Assembly (NCBI GenBank): GCA_964645485.1
Contig: CAZXZO010000010.1
Location: 1-57,226 of the forward strand
DNA from: an uncultured Candidatus Poseidoniales archaeon
GTDB taxonomy: Archaea > Thermoplasmatota > Poseidoniia > Poseidoniales > Thalassarchaeaceae
DNA: 57,226 nt
Direction: 5' to 3'
The notes under the pieces were generated by a model. It searched no databases. It was given only the letters and a program-made list of their open reading frames with translations, and had not been told where the DNA came from. A program made the translations under genes and the position numbers. Below are positions 29,361 to 39,200 of this stretch, in pieces (within the stretch, counting starts at the first letter, position 1; the number at the start of each line of letters is the position of its first letter).

Positions 29361-29783
29361 ATGCCATCACGAACAAATAAATTCCGAGGACGAAGTCGTT
29401 ACCATGGTCGAGGCAAGAAAGCCGGACGTGGAGCAGGTAAGAGAGGCGGGCGTGGAAACGCAGGTCTCAACAAACATCGTGTAATGACTCGAATTAAGTA
29501 TATGCCAAATCACTGGGGAATGCAAGGATTCAACCGCGACCCTTCTTTGTGCACAGTCCATGTAACAGTAAATGTTAGCCAACTTTCAGATATGGCTGAT
29601 GATGATGGAAATGTAAACTTAGGTGATTATCAAATTGACAAGTTGTTAGGAAGTGGCCAAGTTAACCAAGCAATCTCAGTAACTGTAGAGCATGCAAGTG
29701 CGAAAGCGATTGAGAAGATAGAGGCAGCTGGTGGTTCAGTCACCCTTTCTGGCGATGATGACGACGAGTGGGAAGACGAGTGA
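29361..29783 (+). CDS. rpl15: 50S ribosomal protein L15 (uL15)
   Basis: RGRSRYHGRG, GGRGNAG, KLLGSG, AIEKIEAAGG. Confidence 0.96.
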   Translation: MPSRTNKFRGRSRYHGRGKKAGRGAGKRGGRGNAGLNKHRVMTRIKYMPNHWGMQGFNRDPSLCTVHVTVNVSQLSDMADDDGNVNLGDYQIDKLLGSGQVNQAISVTVEHASAKAIEKIEAAGGSVTLSGDDDDEWEDE

Positions 29784-29838
29784 AAGCCGTCTAATAAGAA
29801 GAAACTCTGAAATGATGAAATGGAAGGCGTGAGAAAAT

Positions 29839-31758
29839 ATGGCAGTACGTAAGCCCTCAGCATTCGGCATAACTGCCGTATCAGTCATTTACTTCGGTGC
29901 TCTTTTTTGGTGGAAGAAGGATGACCTTCTTGGCGCTGATAGAGATGCAATGGTTTACGCTGCGCAAATGATTGTTGTAGCAGTGGCATACGTTGCTTGG
30001 GTCTTGTGGGCTATTCAAAAAGACCTTCCTGATAGCATTAAACAAATCAAATTCATAGGTTCAACTGCTAAGTTCCTGATGTGGCTTGCTATGATGGCGG
30101 GCTTTTTCTTCTGGGCACTACAAGATGACTCTCAAGTTGGATTCCTATTCGTTGGAATTGGTATACTTGGATTAGGCGCGGCATTAGCATTAGCCTGTCT
30201 AGTTTACACGGGAGAAGAAAGTAGTCGGCTTTACGCACTCAAGCGATTTGTCGATGTTTACCCATCAATTACCAAGCCGGATGGTCACGTCCGCTTCAAC
30301 CAAAAATTGATGACGACAACAATCGCGCTCATTCTCTATTTCATGATGACTAATGTCATGATTTGGGGATTAGCTGATTCCACTATGGATATCTTCTCTT
30401 CCTTCCGAGCAATTATGGCTGGTGCATCTGGTTCAATCATGCACTTGGGTATTGGTCCAATCGTTACTGCATCAATTGTCATGCAGTTGTTCGCGGGTGC
30501 AAAAATCATCAATCTTGACTTACAAGATTCCGAGGACAAGCAACTGTACCAAGGAGTTCAGAAGATTCTCGTTCTATTGATGATCCCTATCGAATCTATC
30601 CCACAAGTTTACGGGTTCCTTGACCCTCACGAGAACATCGTTGCGATGTTTGGTTTGGGTTGGTCAAATGCACTAATTGTGTCACAACTATTCATTGGTT
30701 CCTACCTTGTATTCTTGATGGATGAACTGGTCAGTAAGTGGGGTATTGGGTCTGGTATTTCGCTATTCATTGCTGCTGGTGTGGCACAATCAACTTTCGT
30801 TGGTACTCTTTCACCACTGCCGGTTTCACCAGGGGCTTACAGCATTCAGAATCCGCCCTCTGGGGTCTTGCCAATGATATTCTATACCCTCAGAACTGCA
30901 ACTAATTCAGAGTTAGTTTCGCAGAATGGATTTGAGTTGATATTGCTTAATCACGCGAATCCGCTGATAGCGTTATTCTCGTCGATTATTGTATTCTTGG
31001 TTGTGGCTTATGCCGAATCGAGTAAATTGGAATTGCCACTGACACACGGAAAAGTCAGAGGGCATCGCGGAAAGTACCCGATTCGTTTGGTATATGCGAG
31101 TAACATTCCGGTTATTTTGATGGCTGCATTGCTTGCAAACCTCAATATGTTCACTCTACTGTTCTGGAGCCACCCTGTGCTCTCTACGGTGCCACTGTTA
31201 GGTGCTAATGGGGCGTGGAGCATTGCACCGTGGCTGGGTTCATATGAAGTCGGTTCAACAGTTGCTTCTGATGGATTTGCTTGGTATGCCTCTATGGTAA
31301 GCGGTGTGCAGTCCTGGCTGTTACCGCTGCTAGATCAACGAGGTGATGGCTTTGGTCACGAACTGTGGCAAATTATGCTACACGTATTCACCTACGTATT
31401 TGTGATGACACTCGGGTCCATGGTGTTCGCGAAATTTTGGATTGAAACTACTAACATGTCAGCCAAAGATGTGGCTAAACAAATTGAAAGGACGGGTATG
31501 CAAATTCCCGGATTCCGGAAAAATCCGGTGGTTTTGGAGCGCATTTTGGAGCGATATATCCCTCCTGTTACACTGTTTTCGGGGGCTTTCGTCGGGTTGT
31601 TGGCAGCAGGAGCTGACTTGCTAGGCACGGTCGGAAATGCATCAGGAACAGGTTTGCTCTTGACCGTAGGTATCATTCTCAGAACTTATGAACAAATCCA
31701 GAAGGAACAAGCGATGGAAATGCACCCGTTCATGAGAGAATTCTTCGGCGCCGAATGA
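29839..31758 (+). CDS. secY: Protein translocase SecY/Sec61alpha with an N-terminal multi-TM extension
   Basis: GSIMHLGIGPIVTASI, SKWGIGSGISLFI, YASNIPVIL, QIPGFR, GTGLLLTVGI. The SecY core begins only around residue 133. Confidence 0.97.
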   Translation: MAVRKPSAFGITAVSVIYFGALFWWKKDDLLGADRDAMVYAAQMIVVAVAYVAWVLWAIQKDLPDSIKQIKFIGSTAKFLMWLAMMAGFFFWALQDDSQVGFLFVGIGILGLGAALALACLVYTGEESSRLYALKRFVDVYPSITKPDGHVRFNQKLMTTTIALILYFMMTNVMIWGLADSTMDIFSSFRAIMAGASGSIMHLGIGPIVTASIVMQLFAGAKIINLDLQDSEDKQLYQGVQKILVLLMIPIESIPQVYGFLDPHENIVAMFGLGWSNALIVSQLFIGSYLVFLMDELVSKWGIGSGISLFIAAGVAQSTFVGTLSPLPVSPGAYSIQNPPSGVLPMIFYTLRTATNSELVSQNGFELILLNHANPLIALFSSIIVFLVVAYAESSKLELPLTHGKVRGHRGKYPIRLVYASNIPVILMAALLANLNMFTLLFWSHPVLSTVPLLGANGAWSIAPWLGSYEVGSTVASDGFAWYASMVSGVQSWLLPLLDQRGDGFGHELWQIMLHVFTYVFVMTLGSMVFAKFWIETTNMSAKDVAKQIERTGMQIPGFRKNPVVLERILERYIPPVTLFSGAFVGLLAAGADLLGTVGNASGTGLLLTVGIILRTYEQIQKEQAMEMHPFMREFFGAE

Positions 31759-32563
31759 GGCCCTAGTCATCAATGAAGGCGGCTGTTCTCTTTTTTGGAA
31801 CGGCGAAGCGTGCGGATTTATTTCTAATTATATCGAGCACGCACGGTCTGCCAAATGACAGGCCGAACCGTGCCAATTCTATCGTCGCTGATATCTCGCA
31901 ACTTCATTCGGTACCTCAGAAATAAAGTGATTTTTGATACACAAAATCGCTTCCGCCGACTATTTGAAAACGGATTGATATGAATGGGTTTTGCTAATCA
32001 TGAACCCTGTTTTCATCATTATTCCAGGGGCGAAAATATCACTAGGAACCAGGTTAATTTAGTGATTTTATTTGGTCAGATTTCCGGCAAATTTAGTGGT
32101 TATAATTAGGCAAAATTATTGCTGTATTTAGTGTGATATTTCTCTTCGATTTTAACCACGAAAAACTAAATTTCTGGCTTCATCTTCCATATACTTATTT
32201 TCACCTCATATCAGATAAAAAACGTGGTACTGCATTACATTGACGTCTTGTCTCAAAACTGGTCCGATGAGTCATGTTGATATAGGGACGGCAGGTCGGC
32301 GGGATGCTACAACAATGCACGGCGTTGGTGTCTGAGTTCAGGAATGGGCAATGAAGAACACCATCTCGCATACGCTGTAGCCGAGGTAATGCAACCGCGA
32401 GCTTGGCTTGTGGTGAAGAGGTGATACATGTAATGACACACAATGATGTGTGCAAAGGAACAAATAAGGTGCAAAATAACCTTGTCAAAACCAATAAGTA
32501 ACAGTTAGCGAACCAAGTCTCCTAGGGATTGAAAAGATTGAAAGTCGGTTTCGGCCGACATGA

Positions 32564-34090
<1,527 letters not shown>

Positions 34091-34308
34091 CAATTGGAAA
34101 AGCTGACGCAGAAGGGCTGCATAACAAAGCATTCGGATGTGCATTGCAACATGGTGTTACCATAGGCTACGAACCCGCCTAAAACAATTCACTTTCACCG
34201 ATCGATAATGGTTTAGCCATAGAAAAGTGAAGAATTATATTCCAGATAAAATTCATTTCTTTTGAAGATTTCATCAACTTAATATATTAAATGTAAAGTA
34301 GAAAAAAT

Positions 34309-36675
34309 ATGAACAAGATGTTTCACCCAATTATTTTAACAATAATTCTCATTATCACTAATTTGGATGTGAATATGTTTCTTGAACCTAATGAATTGGA
34401 GATTCGCCAGCAATTCAATTACAACAATGATTGGAATTTAGGAAATATCTCTGAAACTGATGAGGTTTCCCAACTCACTCCATCTACTCTATATTATAAT
34501 GGATATGATTCTTCTTGGTTAGAATCATTGAGAACTAATGCACAATCTGGAAAAGTTGTAATTATCGTGAATGATAATTGGACATTAGCATTATCTTCCA
34601 CCCAAGTTCACCCGATTAGTGGCATATGGAATTCTGATGGTAATTTAGAAAGTGACACATTTTCTAACATTGAATTATACTCATTCGTATCTGTGAATCT
34701 TCCAATGGTGAATGGGAATCCTGCAAAAGCAACGTTGTTATGTGTTATTGAAAATACTATTTTATGTAAATTTACAGTTCATCAATTATGGGATGTTGAA
34801 TCTAATTTATACCGTCACGACATAATCATCTCTGAAGGAATAGAAGAAATTAACTCTACTTTTATATTTCAAGAGTTTTGGCTAGATCAGGTGCCTATCC
34901 CTGTAATTAATTGGGATTTGATCCAAAGTGAAGAAGTAAACTGTTTCGAGACCGTCTCTGCTAGTGAGGTTACGTGGGTTGAAGCAGACGGAAATAATGA
35001 ATGGGCAACTGATTGGAGATCAATAATGTGGACTGATGATGATGCATTGTCTCTAATTGATTTTGATACAATGGTGTTAACTGATGAAAATATGCCAGAA
35101 TTTGAACCATCTTGTATTTCAGAATACCCTGATATTCTTGATAATGTCTTTGAAGGTACTTCAATTTATATGCCACTTCTACGTGTATTAATTAAGATAT
35201 CACCTGAAATAAGTTTTAGATATACAAACGGGGATGCTTGGGGGACAATTACTGATCTTTACTACCTTGCCGACTGGTTCTATTACAAAGGAATTGAAGT
35301 AGAATTTGCAGTTCACCTAACATCATTATCATTTTCCGCTACAGACTATCTAGGTAGAGAGAGAACAGCAACATGCAAAAGTCAGCCTTCTTTTCTATAT
35401 AAAGAAATTTTACCAACTCTAGATGATTGGGCTGGGAATTCAAACAGGTATCCTTCAAATGGTCATCGAAAACATAATCAATTCTACGATTCTTTCATCT
35501 ACTTAATTGAACAAGATGAGTACGATCGACCTAATAGTCATGCCTCGGGGTGTATTGGCCAAGCTTATGCTGGTGAACATAAATCAAGTTCGTCTGTACA
35601 ATGGACAGTTTGGTATGAAGAGCAGAATGATCAGATTTCCCCTAATATAATTGGTCCAATCAGTGATTCAAAATCTAATTGGCAGAGGTCATACAACTTT
35701 GCTCATGAAATTCTACATTCACTAGTTCAAAGACAAGGTTTCCTGAGCGGGAGAGATCCTCTACACGATGATGCTCATTATCAATCCGATCCGTGTTCGC
35801 AACATACAGTTGGAGATTCGCGAAATGCATGCTGGGCTTCTCCATTAAATAATGAGAGATATGGTTTCACGACTACAACAAATATTATCGCACTTTCAAA
35901 TGCAATCGCTTGGCTTCCTTATGTTAGGATTAAAAACTTTGGAGTTGGCCAAATTGAAAACACAGTCCACGGATTCAAAATAACTGAGAATCATATTGAT
36001 ATAAGCCTGTCAACGATCACTATTGGAAGCCTTAATTTTGGCGTCGAACATCGAGTCGGACATCCGCTTTGGAGGTACTATTATAGAATCCAAGAAATAA
36101 CTTTGAACTCCTGTACCGGTATTATTCACGAATTATTTGTTGGGGTCCGTGCCTCGGATGTAGTAGGTGGCCAATCATCAAGCTGGACACACGAAGATTT
36201 ATGGCTTGGATATCAGCGTGATGGAGCTAAGGAGTATATTGGAAATGTTGAACAATTTCCTTATGGCTGTCAGGATCATTCAGAACAAATTGATTGGAGA
36301 TTTGACAGTGGGTATATGATGACTGGTTGTGGCGAGGTTTCGCTTGTTCCAGATAATTCAAAGTACTGTGCCGATAAATATGATAGCAATGGAAATCTAA
36401 TCGGATTAAAAACTCCATTGAGAGGATTCCCTGAAATTAACTCATATTTCATGAAGGATTTTGATGGAACTCCCATCTCCGGTAATGGTTATGGCATACA
36501 GGAAGTAATTGTATGGCCTGCTTACAGAATTCAAGATAATGGCCCAATTTATGGTTACTACGAGTGGAGTTCAATTACTTGGCAACAAGTAGAAAGATCG
36601 AGTGGTTATAACCCGTTGGTGTCTCAGCCATTAGTTGGTCAATTTGGGCCAGGTGGAAACACTATTGGAGACTAA
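34309..36675 (+). CDS. Secreted orphan protein, possible zincin metallopeptidase
   Basis: 788-aa ORF, hydrophobic N-terminus, NFAHEILHSL (HExxH at 35704-35718), visibly AT-rich codons. Confidence 0.7.
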   Translation: MNKMFHPIILTIILIITNLDVNMFLEPNELEIRQQFNYNNDWNLGNISETDEVSQLTPSTLYYNGYDSSWLESLRTNAQSGKVVIIVNDNWTLALSSTQVHPISGIWNSDGNLESDTFSNIELYSFVSVNLPMVNGNPAKATLLCVIENTILCKFTVHQLWDVESNLYRHDIIISEGIEEINSTFIFQEFWLDQVPIPVINWDLIQSEEVNCFETVSASEVTWVEADGNNEWATDWRSIMWTDDDALSLIDFDTMVLTDENMPEFEPSCISEYPDILDNVFEGTSIYMPLLRVLIKISPEISFRYTNGDAWGTITDLYYLADWFYYKGIEVEFAVHLTSLSFSATDYLGRERTATCKSQPSFLYKEILPTLDDWAGNSNRYPSNGHRKHNQFYDSFIYLIEQDEYDRPNSHASGCIGQAYAGEHKSSSSVQWTVWYEEQNDQISPNIIGPISDSKSNWQRSYNFAHEILHSLVQRQGFLSGRDPLHDDAHYQSDPCSQHTVGDSRNACWASPLNNERYGFTTTTNIIALSNAIAWLPYVRIKNFGVGQIENTVHGFKITENHIDISLSTITIGSLNFGVEHRVGHPLWRYYYRIQEITLNSCTGIIHELFVGVRASDVVGGQSSSWTHEDLWLGYQRDGAKEYIGNVEQFPYGCQDHSEQIDWRFDSGYMMTGCGEVSLVPDNSKYCADKYDSNGNLIGLKTPLRGFPEINSYFMKDFDGTPISGNGYGIQEVIVWPAYRIQDNGPIYGYYEWSSITWQQVERSSGYNPLVSQPLVGQFGPGGNTIGD

Positions 36676-36721
36676 CTTAATGGATTTAAAAAAGATACTA
36701 TATAATAGGTGAATCAATAAA

Positions 36722-37303
36722 ATGTCCAAGAAATTGTATTCCGCTATTGTCGCAACAATTATCTTAATTCCAAGCATGTATTTTTTGATGTATTCACATC
36801 ATGTTGATATACAAATTAAAATTCAAACCAAATCAGAAATCGGAAGCGATTGGGAAATTTGGTACGGTTTACCTAACTACACATTTTCTGATGATGACAT
36901 TCACCCGCTAATAAAAAAATTAGCCAACGATAACCCTCGGTACTTATCAATTCAACAAAGCGAAGGTCAAAATTATTTGATCATCTCAGCAAAAGAATCT
37001 ATGAACGAAACTTGGATTATACAAGGTAAGCGGAGCATAATAGGCCGAGCTGTTGAAACTAATGAATTTAATTGGAGTTCAGATGATATTCGATTGTTAG
37101 ATGGGTATGATTATCATACACGTTCATGGAATGAGCCTAGTTTCATTGTTTCAAACGAAACTGACATCCTCATAGATGTTGAAATTAAATTAATTGCAAT
37201 TGACCCTCGCTTTCATTGCAAACGAATGGTAAGTGGGACTTATGCTGAGTTCAATTCAGAGACTTCTTCTGTTCATTATTACGCGGAGGGTGGTTGCGGA
37301 TAA
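36722..37303 (+). CDS. Hypothetical protein with an N-terminal TM/signal anchor
   Basis: 193-aa ORF, SAIVATIILIPSMYFLMY, AT-rich, same strand as the upstream orphan. Confidence 0.6.
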   Translation: MSKKLYSAIVATIILIPSMYFLMYSHHVDIQIKIQTKSEIGSDWEIWYGLPNYTFSDDDIHPLIKKLANDNPRYLSIQQSEGQNYLIISAKESMNETWIIQGKRSIIGRAVETNEFNWSSDDIRLLDGYDYHTRSWNEPSFIVSNETDILIDVEIKLIAIDPRFHCKRMVSGTYAEFNSETSSVHYYAEGGCG

Positions 37304-37347
37304 TTAGAACATTCAAAAATACCATTACAACGATATTATGGCTAGTG

Positions 37348-37708
37348 AAGCAAACCTTAAGGCAACCGGATGTTCTTGATATGAGTCGCTTGGAAAGAAA
37401 CTCCTCACCACTTGCTGCCAAGTCGGTATTCCAGACCAGCTTCATGTTGTTGACGCTGATGACTTGAACCTCAGTCACGTCACCTGCTCCGACCCACATA
37501 GACTCAACGCCGTTGTGGGCGGAGAGTGTAGGTGCGAATTCTGAGTGGATTCAAGTCACTATGTTCAATACACCACTCGGGAGATGCGAGGTCTGTAGAA
37601 CTTGGTAGATGTCAGTGGGGGGGAGTTTTTTTTCATGGAGGGCGCGGCAAAAACCGAGTTACCCATGCCGAGCAGGGGGGCGACTAGCCTAGTGAATACG
37701 TGTATGGT
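37348..37708 (-). pseudogene. Decayed C-terminal fragment of an aldehyde dehydrogenase (ALDH16-like, two-domain type)
   Basis: Reconstruction across 2 frameshifts and 2 stops: LVAPLLGMGNSVFAAPS / PTDIYQVLQTSHLPSGVLNIVT*IHSEFAPTLSAHNGVESMW...NNMKLVW...GEEFLSK / THIKNIRLP*G. This matches the ALDH C-terminal pattern (AMGN..V..PSE...TD.YQV..TS..P.GV.NIVTG...KNIW.PYG). Confidence 0.8.
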
Positions 37709-37901
37709 CCGCCCGTCAAACCATCTTAGTTAGGGGTGGGTGAGGCTACCTTTTATTGGGGTATTCGAGCCTGCCTTTGACAAGGAGGGTTAAGTCGTAA
37801 CAAGGTACCTGTAGGGGAACCTGCAGGTGGATCACCTCCTAAGAACCTCGAAAACGCGGAGGGCAGGGTGCTTCGGCACCCTGTCTTCCCAACTTTTTTT
37901 T
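37709..37901 (+). repeat. Right copy of the 193-bp direct repeat: orphan 16S 3' fragment (132 nt) + terminator
   Basis: CCGCCCGTCAAACC...GGATCACCTCCT...hairpin-T tract, identical to 33898-34090. Confidence 0.97.
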
Positions 37902-37903
37902 TT

Positions 37904-38047
37904 AATTATTCAAGCCGCATTGAGCGTAGCATCTATCTTGCTGAACAAAAAAACCACAATTTCAACATTTTTTTTAATTATTCAAGCCGCATTGAGCGTA
38001 GCATCTATCTTGCTGAACAAAAAAACCACAATTTCAACATTTTTTTT
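37904..38047. repeat. Tandem repeat, 2 x 72 bp
   Basis: AATTATTCAAGCCGCATTGAGCGTAGC...TTCAACATTTTTTTT starts at 37904 and 37976; units are bounded by T-tracts. Confidence 0.95.
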
Positions 38048-38170
38048 TCAAATCTGCAATCACAATCAGCGCAGCAAGTCTCTTGGTGGCTAGAAAAACC
38101 ACTTTTTTTTCGCTAATTTTCAACTCCAGCGTAGACACTTCCCCCAATCAGAGGACGACAGGTGTCACTC

Positions 38171-38590
38171 TCAAAGGAAGGCCAATTTGGTGAGCCATAA
38201 CCAGATGATTCCTGTTGTGATATTGCTTGAAATCCATAATTTTGACCTGCGCATAATCTTGTTAGGCCCAAGGATTTGGTGCGCGTGTGCTATTCTAAAC
38301 ACCACGTATAGTGAAGCGAGTCCGACTAATATCTCATCAACAAGATTGAGCGACATAGCAGCAAGGCAACCAGCAAAGAAGATTAACGGAGTTTGAAACA
38401 GATTGTCAACCAAGTCATCGGCTTGTTTCATCTTGCGTGGGGGCTCTCCCACTTGTTTGGTCTTGAAGTAAAGTGGATTCAATCCCTCTTCTCGAACTGC
38501 CCACTCTCGCCTCAACCTCATCACAATAATTGCGTAACCCGTTAGAGCGACTTGTGCGAGCATTGGTAGAAGAAGGTAATGTGTTTCCAT
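38171..38590 (-). CDS. MAPEG family membrane protein
   Basis: LLPMLAQVALT...DNLFQTPLIFF...YVVFRIAHA, the bacterial MAPEG pattern with 3-4 TM helices. Confidence 0.8.
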   Translation of the reverse strand: METHYLLLPMLAQVALTGYAIIVMRLRREWAVREEGLNPLYFKTKQVGEPPRKMKQADDLVDNLFQTPLIFFAGCLAAMSLNLVDEILVGLASLYVVFRIAHAHQILGPNKIMRRSKLWISSNITTGIIWLWLTKLAFL

Positions 38591-38689
38591 AAATATTCCA
38601 TTATGGCTGACGGTTATTTATTACTCCTAATTTGGTTGCAATCAGATTTATTCAAGTTTATCAAGCCTTTACAACGAATCAAGTTAATT

Positions 38690-38968
38690 TTTTTTTAGAT
38701 AATCTTTGTTGATTACTAAGTTGTTTGGTTTGAGTTATTTTTCTCATCAATTCCCTAGTGGACATCTATTCTTTGAATCATTTTTTTAGATAATCTTTGT
38801 TGATTCCGAAGATGTTTGGTTTGAGTTATTTTTCTCATCAATTCCCTAGTGGACATCTATTCTTTGAATCATTTTTTTAGATACTCTTTGTTGATTCCGA
38901 AGATGTTTGGTTAGAGTTATTTTTCTCATCAATTCCCTTGTGAACATCTATCATTTGAATCAATTTTT
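38690..38968. repeat. Tandem repeat, about 3 x 91 bp, non-coding
   Basis: AGAT(A)ATCTTTGTTGATT...TTCTCATCAATTCCC...GAATCA T-tract; units start at 38697, 38788 and 38879 with few substitutions. Confidence 0.95.
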
Positions 38969-39200
38969 ATAAAAAACCAAGTGATTCTGAAATTATTTTT
39001 TTGAGTAAATTTCCTGGAATCTGAGGCTAACCAATATCCATCTAATTTTGATTTGAAAATCGCTCTCATCTGGGCCAAAACCAAAGTGTTTTCATCAGCA
39101 ACATTTTTTCTTTTTTTCTTTTAATTTAGTAAAGCCTTAATTTTTTTGTCAATAAATGCCGTCAATACATTAATACCCCTTATTGTATCATCAAAGTTTC

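Larger units (their letters stand above)
34091..37708. mobile_element. Putative integrase-less genomic islet bounded by duplicated 16S 3' ends
   Basis: Flanked by the 193-bp direct repeat. Contains two AT-rich orphan ORFs and a pseudogene cut at the repeat junction. No recombinase was recognised; an assembly artefact is not excluded. Confidence 0.55.

Noticed and set aside
17474-31676. Numerous 60-180 aa antisense or alternate-frame ORFs across the ribosomal operon
   Set aside because: They fully overlap well-supported conserved genes and are typical shadow ORFs.
37251-37499. 82-aa minus-strand ORF as a functional gene
   Set aside because: It is the stop-to-frameshift segment of the ALDH pseudogene and overlaps the 193-aa gene.
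37827-38116. Two + strand ORFs with internal peptide repeats
   Set aside because: Products of the 72-bp tandem duplication and the rRNA trailer; no coding signal.
37904-38968. CRISPR array interpretation of the tandem repeats
   Set aside because: Units are 72 and 91 bp and nearly identical along their whole length, with no unique spacers and no cas genes.
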